DNA of 63,786 nt, filler included, from Intoshia linei (lineage: Eukaryota > Animalia > Orthonectida): the NCBI GenBank assembly GCA_001642005.1. It is 7 parts of 7 records of this genome, joined end to end, with 100 filler letters (N's around TTAATTAATTAA, not from the genome) between each part and the next. Parts side by side here need not be neighbours in the genome. Positions count along the whole stretch, not along the records: positions 37,310 to 44,330 come from LWCA01001608.1; positions 44,431 to 52,908 come from LWCA01001453.1; positions 53,009 to 61,589 come from LWCA01001440.1; 4 more parts are not named here. One strand, given 5' to 3'. The notes under the pieces are model-generated. The model had not been told where the DNA came from, ran no database searches, and saw only the letters and a program-made list of their open reading frames with translations. Below, piece after piece: positions 37,210-57,732 of this stretch; position 1 is the first letter of the stretch, and the number at the start of each line of letters is the position of its first letter. Both the position numbers and the translations under genes were made by a program.

Positions 37210-37386
37210 NNNNNNNNNNNNNNNNNNNNNNNNNNNNNNNNNNNNNNNNNNNNTTAATTAATTAANNNNNNNNNNNNNNNNNNNNNNNNNNNNNNNNNNN
37301 NNNNNNNNNTAAAAATGTGCCCTCGGCAGAGCTAGGTCCTGTTTGTACGTAGTACATAACAGTGAACCTAGTAGTATTATAAAAAC

Positions 37387-43931
<6,545 letters not shown>

Positions 43932-44131
43932 TAAATTGAAGTAATTCATGTACTTAAAACAGTTTTGACTGCGTAATATATAAATAGATCCTCAATTACA
44001 GTGTTGTTCAATCAATTATAATAATTGCTTTTTATATATTCCGTGGTTACTAATTCACTAATGAGTAGATGAAATTAAATAAAATTTTAAAAAATAAGTT
44101 ACACATATATTTATGTTTAATTCGAATTAAT

Positions 44132-44330
44132 TAATATTTTGTAATTCCTCCTTTAGCATGTATGAGAGCCATAATTCTCAGTGGCATACTATTAATACAG
44201 TTTTTTCAAAGTAGGATATTGTTCCATACTGTATGTAGGCGAATAATCAGTTCCGATTTTAATCTTATTGGCATTCTATGAACTTCCTCTTTCAATTGTG
44301 CCCACACATTTTCGATTGGGTTCATATCTG
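44132..44330 (-). mobile_element. Tc1-like transposase C-terminal fragment
   Basis: DMNPIENVWAQLKEEV...INSMPLRIMALIHAKGGITKY*. Confidence 0.85.
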
Positions 44331-45010
44331 NNNNNNNNNNNNNNNNNNNNNNNNNNNNNNNNNNNNNNNNNNNNTTAATTAATTAANNNNNNNNNNNNNN
44401 NNNNNNNNNNNNNNNNNNNNNNNNNNNNNNAAACAACATATTGTATATGGTGAAAGCAAAACTTTTAAATTAGACATTCTATTGAATGAAGGAAGCTATT
44501 TTTTAAAAATAAATTGATATGTTGTCTATTTTTTGTTAATACATAAGTTAATAATAATTATAAAATCTGCAAAATAATATACCTGTAAAGTTGAAGGTAA
44601 TTTAGCCAAATCTTTTAAATTCTTGTACATGTATTTTAATAAGATATATAAAACAATTAAATGTATTTAAATAAATAATGTCTGGGAATGGTGATTTAAT
44701 TTACGCGGTATTACTATAGAAAATAAAGTTTCAATAATCACGAAATGCCAAATGAGCTTAGAAACTATAGGGACTAAGATGTATATATTAGGACATAATT
44801 TACTGTGCATCTTGGTTTTCTGTCTATTTTTTAATTTTACTTACATTGAATGCACCCTTGTACCACTATTAATTCAAATGGGCCAAACATCTTGATCAAG
44901 ACTTGAGATAATTTATATATAAACAGAATGAAGCAAACTTTTTTACAAATAATTTAACGTTATTTATTGTACAATTGTAAGTTATTGTCGTAAGATTAAC
45001 ATATTTATAA

Positions 45011-48000
45011 ATGGAATTTAAAGGATCGGAACTCGTGGAACCAATTTTATTGGATTATTTCGATTATTTAAATAAGGATTATTTAAAATATATGAGCGGT
45101 AACATTTCGTTTAAAAATAATAATGACATTTAATTTAGCCATGATTGAAGATGAATGTATTGGTTTGAGTGAATTGAGCATGGTGAAAAATAAAATTGAC
45201 GGAATAATTGGATGTTTTGACCGTGAAATGACTGAGGAAAAGATTATTAAAGTTTGTGAAAAAATTTACCAAGCTATGAAGGTAAAAAATGTGAATTCTG
45301 ATGAAATCGGTTTGACATTATTAGAAAAGCCTGTTTTAATATCTCAAATGAAAAAAAGAGTTGTCCAGAGTCAAAAAAATGTTTTACCAACTCGAGACGA
45401 TCTGAAACAATTAAAACAAGAAAAAAAGAGAAAAGTAAAACTCAATACTCAGTCTATTGTAGATTTAACCCCGGTAGTTTCACAGAGAAGTCAAAAAGTT
45501 GGCGAGGATTCTTCATTTACTGGACAAATTCAGTTTAATAATTTTGATATTTCATTTAGTAATTTATCCTTGTTAGAAGATGCTTGTTTTCACATTTCAA
45601 AATCCCGAAGGTATGGTCTTATTGGGAAGAATGGTTTAGGAAAATCTACTCTTCTTAAAATGATTTCATCGAGACAACTTTGTATACCATCCAATATGTC
45701 TCTTTATCATGTCGAACAGGAAGTTATTGGAGATGACACCAGCGTCATTGACGCCGTTTTAAAAAGTGATGTTGTGAGACAATCTTTGTTAAACGAATTG
45801 AATAGAATCAATTCATCTGATGGAGACGATAATGCTTCTAGAACATGTGATATTATGGAGCAACTTAATGTTATGGAATCTGATAAAGCACCTGCGAGAG
45901 CTGCGTATATATTAAACGGACTTGGGTTTGATAATGTTTCTCAATCGCATTCGACCAAGCAGTTTTCAGGTGGCTGGAGAATGCGAATATCATTGGCTCA
46001 AGCGTTATTCATTGAGCCCACGTTACTATTGCTAGACGAACCTTCAAACATGTTGGACATGAGAGCCATACTCTGGTTGGAAGAATACTTATGTTCTTGG
46101 AAAAGTACCATGATTATAGTCTCTCACGACAAAGAATTTATCAACCATGTTTGCACAGATATATTACATCTTACCAATAAAAAAATTGTACAATATGCCG
46201 GTACTTATGATTCTTACATGTCGTCTCTGGCTGAAAGACGAAAAACCCAACAAAGGGAATATGACGCACAAATGGAGAAAAGACAGCACATACAGGTGAG
46301 TTTATATCATGATTTTTTATTTAATTTTTAATAGGCATTTATCGACAAGTTTCGCTATAATGCCAAACGGGCAGCTTTGGTTCAAAGTCGCATAAAATAC
46401 TTGAATAATATGCCAGTTTTAATTGCACCAGAAAAAGAAGGTACCGTAAAATTCCGGTTTCCTGAAACTAGTCAGTTTGTTGGTAATTTGCTCGAATTGG
46501 TAGATGTCCAGTTTTCTTTTAATGAAAAAACAGTTTTACTAGACAATATTAACGTTTCCATTACCGCAGGTTCCAGAATTTGCATGGTATTATTTAATTT
46601 AATGTGTTTTTTATTTTTTATACAGGTTGGCCCCAATGGAGCTGGAAAAACAACAATTCTTAAATTGTTATTGAACAAATTGCAACCTACAAAAGGAGAA
46701 CGTATTTGTAATAGAAAGTTAAGAATATCTTACTTTACTCAACATCACGTTGATCAGCTAAATTTACGAGTCAGCTCTCTAGAATTTTTAAGAGATTCTC
46801 ACCCAGGTATTTTCAATAAAAATGCAATGTTATATAGACCTGTACTACATAAAATAGGCTTTGATTTTGTAGTAACTGAAATTTTACTTCATAATGTGGG
46901 TTAGCGAACATCCAGTTGAGAAATGTATTGTTAGAGCGACATAATCATAGATTTTGCTAATTTATCATATTATTGATTTTATTTCCAAATTTTTAAGGGG
47001 TTTGAAGATAATTTTGGGACCAAAATTTGGTCGGATTTTTAAGGGATTTTCAAAATCTTTAAAAATTAAAAATATTGGAAAAAAATTTTCTTTAAATGTC
47101 TACAAAATTTTTGTTGCAAAATTATCTTCAAACACTTCAAAATTTTGGACTTAAAATTATTTTCAAAATCTTTAGAAAATGTTAAAAATTCGGTAAAAAA
47201 TTTTTCCCTAAGGAAACTAACATTTCGTGAAAAAATCAATAATACGATAATCGATCGATGATTATGTCGACTCTAAGACAGTGGTTCCCGATTGGGAGTC
47301 TCTGGACCCTTCAGGGATCCAACACTATATAGTCTGGAGTCCGTGAGATTCATTTTATGAAAATTGAAATTATGAAAAAAAATTTTATCTACTTTTCTAT
47401 ATTTTTACCGATATTTTTTTGAAAAACGATTTTACTAAATCTTATGAGAAAAAACCTTTAATTTGTTCATAAATGGTTTGTTTCCCTTGTGGTTCCAAAA
47501 AAATAAATATTTTGAAGTGGGGTCCGTACACTATTTGAATCGAGAACCACTGCTCTAAGATCTCTCTAGAGCCCAGAGAATGTACGTTATACAGGTGATA
47601 TGTGAATCTTTTCGTAATAAGTTTTATATGCGAAATGTATTTAATTGATCCTTTTGATTCGTAAACCTTGGTTAGCAACCTCTGTTTCTATTTACCAATA
47701 CTATTGATAATGTTTAGGTAAAAGCGCTGAAGATTATCGTCGAGTTTTAGGATCATTTGGAATTACAGGTGATACCTCATTACGTCCTCTTTCAGTGCTT
47801 TCTGGAGGTCAAAAAAGTCGCGTTGCCTTTGCAAATATGTCAATGATTGCGTAAATTCTACCATTTTTATCAATTCTATTAAATAAAAATCAGAATAATC
47901 AATTAAATCAGGACAATTTATTAATCTTGTTTCGCATTGATAAAATTCTCTAGTATATATTATTATTTTTTTATTGGAGGGTTATTACCGTAAAAAATTA

Positions 48001-48391
48001 AATATTTCTGCATCAAAAATGTTAGAAAATCAGTCAAAATGTAATAACGCATACATTCGAATTATCCATGTTTTTTAAGTGGAAAATCACTTTTATTAAC
48101 ATACTTGCTTACCTTCTTTACATACATTTTACATTCCCATTAAATTAAAAATTTAGACCCAACGTCATAATAATGGACGAACCAACAAATCATTTAGACT
48201 CTGAATCAATCGATGCATTATGTGACGCACTCAAGTTTTTCAAAGGATCCGCGATATTGGTTCTTCACGATGAAAGAATGATTAGACATTGCTGTAACGA
48301 ATTATGGCTCTGTGACAAGGGTACTTTGAAATCCCTAAATGGAGGAATCACTGAATATAAAAAAATTGTTCATGATGAAATGCTAAAATAA
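45011..48391 (+). CDS. ABCF3: ABC subfamily F member 3 (GCN20-like), multi-exon
   Basis: Two NBDs without a TMD: RRYGLIGKNGLGKST, FSGGWRMR, LLLDEPSNMLD, FIDKFRYNAKRAALVQSRIK, GPNGAGKTT, LSGGQKSRVAFA and MDEPTNHLD. Probable ATG at 45011. Confidence 0.95.
47279..47552. mobile_element. hAT MITE in an ABCF3 intron
   Basis: TIR CAGTGGTTCCCGA / TCGAGAACCACTG with a perfect TSD CTCTAAGA. Confidence 0.88.
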
Positions 48392-48477
48392 TTTCGTCTG
48401 CTTAAAAACACTTTCAAATTGTTGATCAAATTATCAAATGGGTGTACTTAAATACATTTGTAAATAGTAAACTTTTA

Positions 48478-51400
48478 TTATACAAAAATGTTTTTGTAAA
48501 ATACCAACTGGGTGCATTCGTCTCGACATAAAAATCCGAGTAATTCGTATTTCTTTAAACTAAATTTTTTAATTAGGTATACTAACACCATTGGCATGTT
48601 AAATTTACTTTTAGATATACTAAAATAGGTTTCCTGTATATGGTTTGCACCCTTACAATTTATTCAAACTGGTATTTCTTTCATGTTATACCTTTTTTAA
48701 ATGTTCAAAACCTCACTAAAGACCGCGACCCTTTCTTAACTTAACTTAATCCATGGTTAGGAACTTATTTCTTAAATAAAGCAGTGTCAGATATACAGTA
48801 TAAGTATAACCAAATTATTACTTTTCCAAAGCCATAATTACAGGGCAATTTGCACAAAGGGCTACATCATATGCAGTGCAATATTGAGTATTATCTAGCT
48901 AAAAAATAATATAAAATGTACATTGTACATAACTATATATAAATCAGGGATCGCCAGAGTAAAAAAGTTTTGAAAATTATGAGACCCGAAAATTGTATGA
49001 ATCAAGTGAAATGCAATTACAAATTATCATTTTTTATGGGTTCATGACGAAAAGATATGACGACCCCGACTTAAATGAATAAATAATTTTTGTACTAAAA
49101 TTTGAATTTTTTTATATATCGCATCTGAAGATTGACTAATGTCTAGAAATATTTTTAATCCATTTTCCATATTTGTAACACTAAAATAAAACGTTAAAAA
49201 TAATATGGACGCGTATAATTGTACAATGTGCATAAATTAAATTAAAAAAGGGATCCTGAAATGTGATTATACGACTGGGTTCGCGAAAAATAGATATAAA
49301 ATATTTTTTTTGTTTCAATTTGTCACAGTACTTATACAAAAAGCCTATATTAAAAACATGTTAAACTAGACATGAAAAAGTATTTTAGGGAGCAAGTACC
49401 GTGTTTTAAATTAGACATCGCTGATACATATTTTACAACAAATTTGTTTGCTTTATTGACTCAAATACGTTTGCAACCATTTTCATGATTTTTAGGGAAA
49501 TTTCATTCATGAGAATCACAATAATTCGGGACCATTACATACACACTTATTTTATTTTAAAACTAAATTCTAGACTCTACAATTGGTTTCTTAGTTTTAG
49601 TGAATTCGTAGCCAGTTTTATTAAGTTAACATTATAAATATTACATAATATTAGATGCATAATTTGATACAAATTTAGCAGAAGAAACAAAGTCATTTGG
49701 TGAACAAAGCTATGTAATATGTTTAAATTTTGTCTGATAAACATTTATATAGTTAATACATTTGTTGAACGAGCACGATTTAACAAATAAAATGTATTCG
49801 TGAAAGATATAATCCCATTTTTGCTCTAAATATTATAATTATAATGTATATTCATTTATTTTACATCTGGATTAAAGAATAAAATATGAAAATAATCCTT
49901 TTTTTAAATTTTTCAACCTTTAATCAGATTATAATTTTCAAAAAAGACTAATTAGTAAATAATTGTGATATTGAAAAAATATTAAATTCTAGGACTTGAT
50001 TTTTTTATTTTGAAAAATAATGGTTAAATACTATGGTTTGACCGTGAAGATGCAAATTTTTAATTGTAACTTATGGTAATTCTATTGATTTTAAAATCTA
50101 TCTCAGAATGAGTGTTTTAAAAAATAAAAAATAATTTATTCCAAAATTTTATTGTTTAGATTTTTTTAAAAATAGTAATTTGGTATTTGGCCGTGAAGGG
50201 TGAAGGTTACAATTTTTGAATTTGAACTTTATCGTAGTTTCTGGGGTCTTTTCTGTCAATCTTCTTAATACATAGTTACACACACAAAAATACATTTTTA
50301 GCAACTTTTACTTTATACATATAAATAAAAATATATATTAAAGAAACCTCGATAAAGTTACAGACAACATTTGATATGTCTTTGGCCAAATTTTGAAAAT
50401 AATCGTCATTGTTTGTAAAATCTGATTTTGTTGTGGGACTATAAATGCCCAATTTTGTAATAACCTCGTTTCGGTATTTTATAAGCTAATAATAAGATTA
50501 ATAATATGTAAATTACATTAGTGTATTATAATTTTAATACAGGCAATTCTAATAATAATAAAAAATCTCATTCCGTTAAGAGGAATTTTTTGGAAAACCA
50601 TTCTTGATAACGAAATTATAATAAATATTATACTCAAAAAGTGCCTTTTCACGATAAAAACCCCATTACCAATTTTTGAAAAAATTAAAATAGTCCTAGA
50701 ATTTAAAAAAATTACAGCAGATAGTTATATCCAATTAACTCACAAAAAAATTAGATTTGAAATTTTAGTTGCCTTGACTTGATCACCATGTTTTGTTAAT
50801 CACATTGTATATTTACATTCAATTCTACCTTGTTTACTTTTTATCGATGTTTAAAGTTCTTATAATTTTTTATTGATAAATATTTTCACTAAAAACAAAA
50901 AAATAATTTTTACGATCAAAATCCCATATTGTCATTTTTTTTTAAATCAAAACAGCCATAGAATTTAAAAAAAAAATACAGATGGTACAGTTGTATTGTT
51001 AAAATACACAAAAAATTTCAATCTAAATAAGCTACAAAAAAGTACTTTAATATTCATTTTATTTCAAAATTATTTTATTAAAACAAAAAATTTGAAATAA
51101 TTAACGTTCTTACAATTAAAAAAAAAAGATTATTCAGATAGAGCTTATTCCATTTGATATAAATACAAAATTTCAAACCCAGAAATCTGTGCATTCTCGG
51201 TGAAAAATAATTTGCTACATGCTAAAATGACATAAATAACATGCAAAATGCTACGCAATTTTTGATTATCAAATTCTCATTTTCAAAACATTTTGTTTAA
51301 AATTTAAATTAAAACTACAATATCGAATTACTAAAAGTAATACAACTTTGTTATCATCATAACTAATATTTATTACAATGCTTTGCAATATTGGTAAATT

Positions 51401-52566
51401 CATCTGAAATATATTTTTAAAGTGGTGATTCCGTTTATTATTGATACATAATTGGTATTTTTAATTATTTATAAAATTGGAACTGAATATATATTATCAC
51501 ATTGAAAATGACAAAATAAGTTTTTAAATTTTATTTTTTCTAGAATTTATGCTATTTATGACAATTTTTGAGATTATACTGTTTTTTACTTTATTATTAA
51601 TATATTATACACACTTTCTGTCTAATAAATGAAAAAAATAAGATAACAATTTTTTTTAAAATTCTTTACGCAAATTTTAACAACACAAAATTAAGATGGA
51701 ATAATTCACTTAAATGTAAAAAGTAATGTGATATGACGGGTCCACGTGTAACAAGTTTTGAACCACTCCTTTAAATGATTGATAATAGTTAATAGTAGCA
51801 TTAATAGGTTAAATTTTTTATTTAATTTATTTTTCTGGTAAAATAAAAATGTCCTCCATCGGCAGAGCTAGGATACTGTTTGTACGAAGTACATAACAGT
51901 CAAGCCAGTTGAATAATAAAAGTAACCAAATTGTTTTTAAAAGTATTACACAAATGTTAACACAATAAAATAAAATCTGAAAAATTCAATATAAATTTAA
52001 TGTGAACTGACCGGTACATGGTGAAACAAGTTATGGAACCATTCCTTTAAAGTTTAAAGGATTTGTAATATTAAATACTATCATTTTCATGTAAAATTTT
52101 ATTATTGAATTTATTGGTTCGTCAAATTAAAAAAAGTACCTAGACAGTTAGGTACTGTTTGTACAAAGTACAGAACAGTCAAGCTAGTTAGATATAAAAG
52201 TCAATGCATACAAAAGTATTTAATTAAAACTCACTCGCTAATAACTGTTTGTGAACTTTCTTATCCTAACTTATATATGCAAAATAAGTAATCTAGTTAT
52301 AATAGTTTTAAGTGAATCTCTAAAAATTTCATTAGACATAAACGATCCATCGTAAAAAAGTTTAAGAGTCGTGACAAAAATAATTATATTATTACATCAT
52401 CATCTTGATTTTTACCAATCATGTTTGATATTTTGTTGGATAAATCAATAATTTTTGACGCATTTTCCATTAAATTAGAAAGATTCTGAAAAGAATTATC
52501 AATATCTAACCGTTGTTGCTGATGGTTTATTTTGTTCTCATTGATAATTTTCGAAAAACCTCCCTT
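48478..52566 (-). CDS. VPS36: ESCRT-II subunit VPS36 (EAP45), 5' truncated
   Basis: Exons: IDNSFQNLSNLMENASKIIDLSNKI; KLGIYSPTTK...YFQNLAKDI; GIISFTNTFYLLNRARSTN; LCSPNDFV; ELLGFLCRDECTQLVFYKNIFV*. These match the EAP30/Vps36 winged-helix motifs (NRARG, SPED, LCRDD...FY.N.F). Confidence 0.82.
50900..52187 (+). mobile_element. Helitron-family copy with two successive 3' ends (VPS36 intron)
   Basis: Hairpin plus CCAG at 51905-51908, then a second diverged hairpin plus CTAG|T at 52184-52187. Confidence 0.7.
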
Positions 52567-53008
52567 CTAAATCGATATTAAATTCAATTCAAAGACTAAA
52601 AAATAAGTGTAATGATAATTAAAATACAAATTAATCAAACAAGTTCATCAACCGTTATTAAAAATGTCAAAATTTTTCACTTTTCTAACATTAAATTAAA
52701 CATGATATTATTTTGCGTAATTATTATATATATTATTATATTATATTATATATATTAAATTATTAACTTATACGCCAAATTAATCAATACACGCCAATAA
52801 AAAAATAAACGTAATAAAGATCAAAAAAAAAAATATTAAAAAATTAAAATGATCACTTATACCCTTTTATATGTATTAAAATTCATTTGAATGCTGTCAT
52901 GACTAATANNNNNNNNNNNNNNNNNNNNNNNNNNNNNNNNNNNNNNNNNNNNTTAATTAATTAANNNNNNNNNNNNNNNNNNNNNNNNNNNNNNNNNNNN
53001 NNNNNNNN

Positions 53009-53600
53009 CAATAGTCTTGGAAATTAAGACCTCACGATGTATAAATCAGTGTGTGGTTATAATATGTGCATTTTCAGTTTTTCCATAACAAACCATTTGG
53101 TTTTATAAACAAATCTAAAGATTTGAAAATACCCTCTCCTCGCGTTCGCAATAGCATTTGCAGGCAACATAAAAATTGTTCAATTATATTATCATCTCTA
53201 GTAAATCTTATAAAAACCATTAAGTTTGCTAGACCACTTACATCTGTTGATTCATCAAATTCCAATGCAAACATTTTATAATTATCACTAAAAATATCTT
53301 TGATTTGCATTTTTACGTTTTCGGACATATCTTGAATACGTCTTCCAATTGTATTGTCTGCTAAAAAAATTTTTTTAATTGTAGACTCAAATTCAGATCC
53401 GAACATAGTTCGAACAATTGCACAACAAGATTCTTTAATCGTCTTTTCTGTCATTGAGTGTGGTTGCTTATCTTTTACCACTATTTGAGAAATCAGGTAA
53501 CTGGCCTTCTAAGCTTTATCTGATATTTTCAGTGATCGTAAAAATTTCACATTGCTTTTTGAAACATTTTAATAATTGGACAAAATAAATTCTTGATTTT
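53009..53600 (-). mobile_element. hAT Buster/Charlie-type (ZBED8/SCAND3-like) transposase fragment
   Basis: KQPHSMTEKTIK...LADNTIGRRIQDMS...FALEFDESTDVSGLANLMVFIRF...EQFLCC. Confidence 0.88.
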
Positions 53601-53778
53601 CCATTGTTGATTAATCAATTAATTCATCACTAAAGTTCTAGATAACAAATTGTATAATTCAGAATTATATTTGGAGATCGGGTTCAAAAGTTATTCCACT
53701 TTCAAAATTCTAAATAATAAATAAATTTCTTCATATTAATGTAGCTTTTGCAACGCGATTTATTCAAATTTATCACAA

Positions 53779-53850
53779 ATGAGTTGTAATTATAAAAATG
53801 TAGATAAATTTTGTACAATATGCGGCGTATACATAAAAAAAGACATAAAT
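53779..53850 (+). mobile_element. Possible Chapaev-type transposase N-terminal fragment
   Basis: MSCNYKNVDKFCTICGVYIKK resembles the C..N..D.FCYICG.Y N-terminus of Chapaev3 transposases. Confidence 0.45.
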
Positions 53851-54479
53851 TATCTCATGGAAACCAAGCTAAATTTGAAAATAACCAAAATATTAAATTT
53901 TTTACTAATATTAATATTAAAATTTAAAATACGTATTTTCATGCATTCTTTAAATGAAAATAACTCTATGGCGGGTGATCTGAGCTAACCGTGAAGTTAA
54001 TCGCGAATTGTAGCTGATGAGTAAACACTTTAATATTTTTAAATAATTTTATGTTGTATCGAAAAAAACCAATTCACTTGGGGGTTTTAAGGTCAAAGTT
54101 ATCGAGTTTGATACGATGGGTTTATCAAAGCAAAAAATAAATTACACCATCAGAAAGCCACTGCGAAATAACTTATAAAATAATCTAATAATTTTTTAAA
54201 AATTAATTTTAATGAATTCATATTACAATTTATACGAATTGGAATTTCCATATAACACTTATTTTTAGCCTAAATAATCATTTTTCAGGTATATATAAGT
54301 ATAGTTTAACGATCTGAAACTATACAATCCTATATATCGTTAAAATTCTAATCGTGAGTAGATTAAGAATAAAGTAATTTTATAATGTTGTATCGCAAAA
54401 ATTTTAATTTTGTTGAACCGTGTTATAGAATAATGTTTACGTTTATAATAGTCAAAGGAATTACAATTAAAGCTGATTA

Positions 54480-54597
54480 CACTAGACAACAAAATGAAAA
54501 CTTTTTTCGAGGATCTCTATATCATTAAAATCAGCGCTAAATTATCCACAAGATGGTATTATTTTTATGCAGATGTATTTTTCAGTGTTGTCTAGTG
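54480..54597. mobile_element. 118-bp CACTA-ended MITE
   Basis: TIR CACTAGACAAC / GTTGTCTAGTG with a TTA duplication. Confidence 0.85.
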
Positions 54598-55095
54598 TTA
54601 TAAATAATATAAAATGGTATTATGTGTATCTTAACATTTGAATGAATTTCAATGATTAAATTTGAGGGAATAAATGTTTACCGATCTAAAAAATATTTTT
54701 TGATAAATGCTTAAAATCAAAAAATGCATCCACGTGCAAAATAGGTTTTTGTAATAAAAAAAAAACTAAACACCCTAATCATTAAAGTTTCCACACTAAG
54801 GCCTAATGTGTAAATGCATTTAATATGTATGAATTAATTAACGACTAGTTCATTTAAAAATTAAGTTACACGAAATATAGCAGGTCTCACTAGAGATTTG
54901 GCGTGGCTGTCTAATCGTAATTATGGTCAATATTATTTTCTTAAAATTTGATCATTGCAACGAATAAAAATAAAAATTTGTCAAAATTACAAAAATTTCA
55001 ATATAAATTAAAGCATAATATAAACCAGTTTAACAATCACAAAAACTAAGGATTTAAAATATAAAATAAAAATTGGAACTTTTTAATTATTTTAA

Positions 55096-57732
55096 ATGAG
55101 TGAATCTATAATAAACAAAAATACCTCTCTTGATTTATTCGATATGACAGAAATAAAAAAAACCAATTACAATGAAAAGAAATCAGAAATAAAAATTGAA
55201 AGACACGGTTAATCTATTCAATTTAATTTTAAAATAATATTTTTGATAATTAAAATATACATATCTATTTAATTTTATTTTCATTCCATATTTTATAAAA
55301 ATTATCTAAATTAAAATGGAATTGTTTGATTGACAAAAATTATAGATACATCAACTCCAGAAAATCCAAATTTGCATAAACTTACCACAGAAAATTGTAA
55401 ATTACATTTACAAGTAAAGTTACTGTCACAAAATTTGGAAAATATTAAAGATGGAAAAATGATTGGATTAGAAAAATTGGATGAATTTCAAAATATTCAG
55501 AGTAATTTTTATTCCTGTATCTAAAATTTCACTAATAAAATTCAAAATTTAATTTTATTGCTCCATATACATTTATCTTTGTAAAATAGATATTGCCCTG
55601 AAGCAAGAAAATATACAATTATCAAACACGAAAATTAGACTAGAAACTATAAATGAGCAATATAAACATGAAATGGAAAAACTTAAAGCGAAAGTGGAAG
55701 AACATAAATCTAAATACATTCATTCTAAAAATAATTTTCAATGTGAAGTAAATAAGGTTTTTTTATTTTTACATTTGATTCACGATACAATCGCTGGATC
55801 CATATAATTCTTAGTAAATTTTACTGGTAAACCCTAGTTGATACCGGTAAGTTTCGTTGCCTCGGTGTTATCTTTTTTAGGAAAGATATGTGTAAGTTTT
55901 TAATTTTTGACAGTTCACAATTCTAAGTGAATATTGAAATTATATTTTTTTTATTTGAGATGATAGTAAAAAATACAATGTATTTACACATGTTAGTGTT
56001 ACACAATTTTATAGTTATCAAACACAAAATTGAATCAAGATAAAAAAATTGAAAATTTGTTGGAAAAATTAAAGTCAAGTGAACTCAATTGTTCAAAGTT
56101 TGATATTAAACTCAAAGAAGTCAGTCAGCGATTATTGTTGGTATGTATTGTAAAATGAAAATATCAATAAAAATGTAATAGTATGAATCTCGCTTAAAAC
56201 ACATGTCTGGAATGAATCCTGAACAATTTGACCATCCTATCAATTCAGACAGTGGATTTTCTGGTAAGAAAAGTATGTAAACAATAACAAATGCTAATTT
56301 TATTTAGATGCGAGACCAACACGTAAGAAAAAACGCCGCAGTTTTAACAATATGAACAAGTTACTAGAGAGAGAGAATGTAACTGTTACTAATTTTGATA
56401 CAAACGGTACATTTTTGATAAGTTTTGCCATCATGTGTAATAAATATGTCACACTGTAATATTGAACACGTAATTTAACTGCTGAACCCATAGTCCGTGT
56501 ACGGTAATCAAAAATAATAGGTGTAGGCAAAATGTAGATCTTACATCACACTATAGTAGAGTGTCCACTGATTATACATCGATAACAGATTTGGAATATT
56601 TTTTACAATAAATGGGATTATACATGTTAATATATAATATAATAATAGTATATATTATCCTTACTTATGTAATATGCTACGCAATATTTTTTGTGTGTGT
56701 GTTATTGTTTATTTCAATAAATACTAGTCTTAGAATTGTATAAAGTCCACATTTCAAGTACAGTTTTTTCCGGGGGTGTTAGCAAAATAAATTTCAACCT
56801 CCCAAACTTATATCTTACAGTTCAAAAATTTTTAGGATATAACTGTTTTTACTATATTTTTAATATTGTACACACATTCTGTTTAATAAATTAAAAAAAT
56901 TAAGAGTTAAAAGTAATGTGATATGACGGTTCCACCTGAAACAAGTTTGGGAACCACTTCTTTAAAGGATTGATAATAGTGAATAATAGGATTTTTAAGT
57001 TAAATTTTCAACGTGAATTTATTTTTTTTGTAGAATAAAAATGTGCCCTCGGCCGAACTAGGTGTTGTTTATACGTAGTACATAACACTCAACCTAGTAA
57101 CATATAATATACAAAGTTGTATATACTAAATTTAGCTCTTTCTATAAACATTGATCGAGAAACAACAATAAAAGATGCTATAAAAGACTTAAAATTGACA
57201 GACATGAAATACTGGAGATCAGATCAAGTTCTAACCTGGCTCACATTTGATGTTGGTCTACCAATTTACAGTCAAATGTGTGCTGGTAATATTAGATCCG
57301 GAAAGGTATAGCTACAGATTAAATTTGTACACTCTGATTAGGTTTTATATGGTATTAGTGAACAAGAATTATACATAGCACTTGGTGTTTCAAATAATTT
57401 ACACAAAAGAAAGATTAAAATGGTTCTAAATGAATACAAGAGTATGAAAACCATGTAATTTATAATTTTAATAATAAAATTGAAATTAAATTTTAAGAAA
57501 ATTTTTACACAGCCGAGACATTTCAGTTCAATATGTCAATCAAATTTGGCTGGAAGAAATTGGTCTGCCACAATTTAGTCAATCATTTCTAGCTGCAGCT
57601 ATTGATGGTCGAATGCTCAATACATTAACACGAAAAGATTTAGAACGTCATCTTGGAATTAATCGGAAACCTCATTATATAAGCATTTTGTGTGGTATCC
57701 AGTTTTTGAAATCCATGGATTACAATTTGGAG
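55096..57732 (+). CDS. KAZN: Kazrin-like (liprin family) coiled-coil plus SAM domain protein; 3' end not found before the gap
   Basis: Coiled-coil exons, then SAM1 WRSDQVLTWLTFDVGLPIYSQMCAGNIRSGK|VLYGISEQELYIALGVSNNLHKRKI and SAM2 WLEEIGLPQFSQSFLAAAIDGRMLNTLTRKDLERHLGI. Confidence 0.8.
56658..57097 (+). mobile_element. Minimal 440-bp non-autonomous Helitron (kazrin intron)
   Basis: A|TCCTTACTTA ... terminal hairpin ... CTAG|T. Confidence 0.88.
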
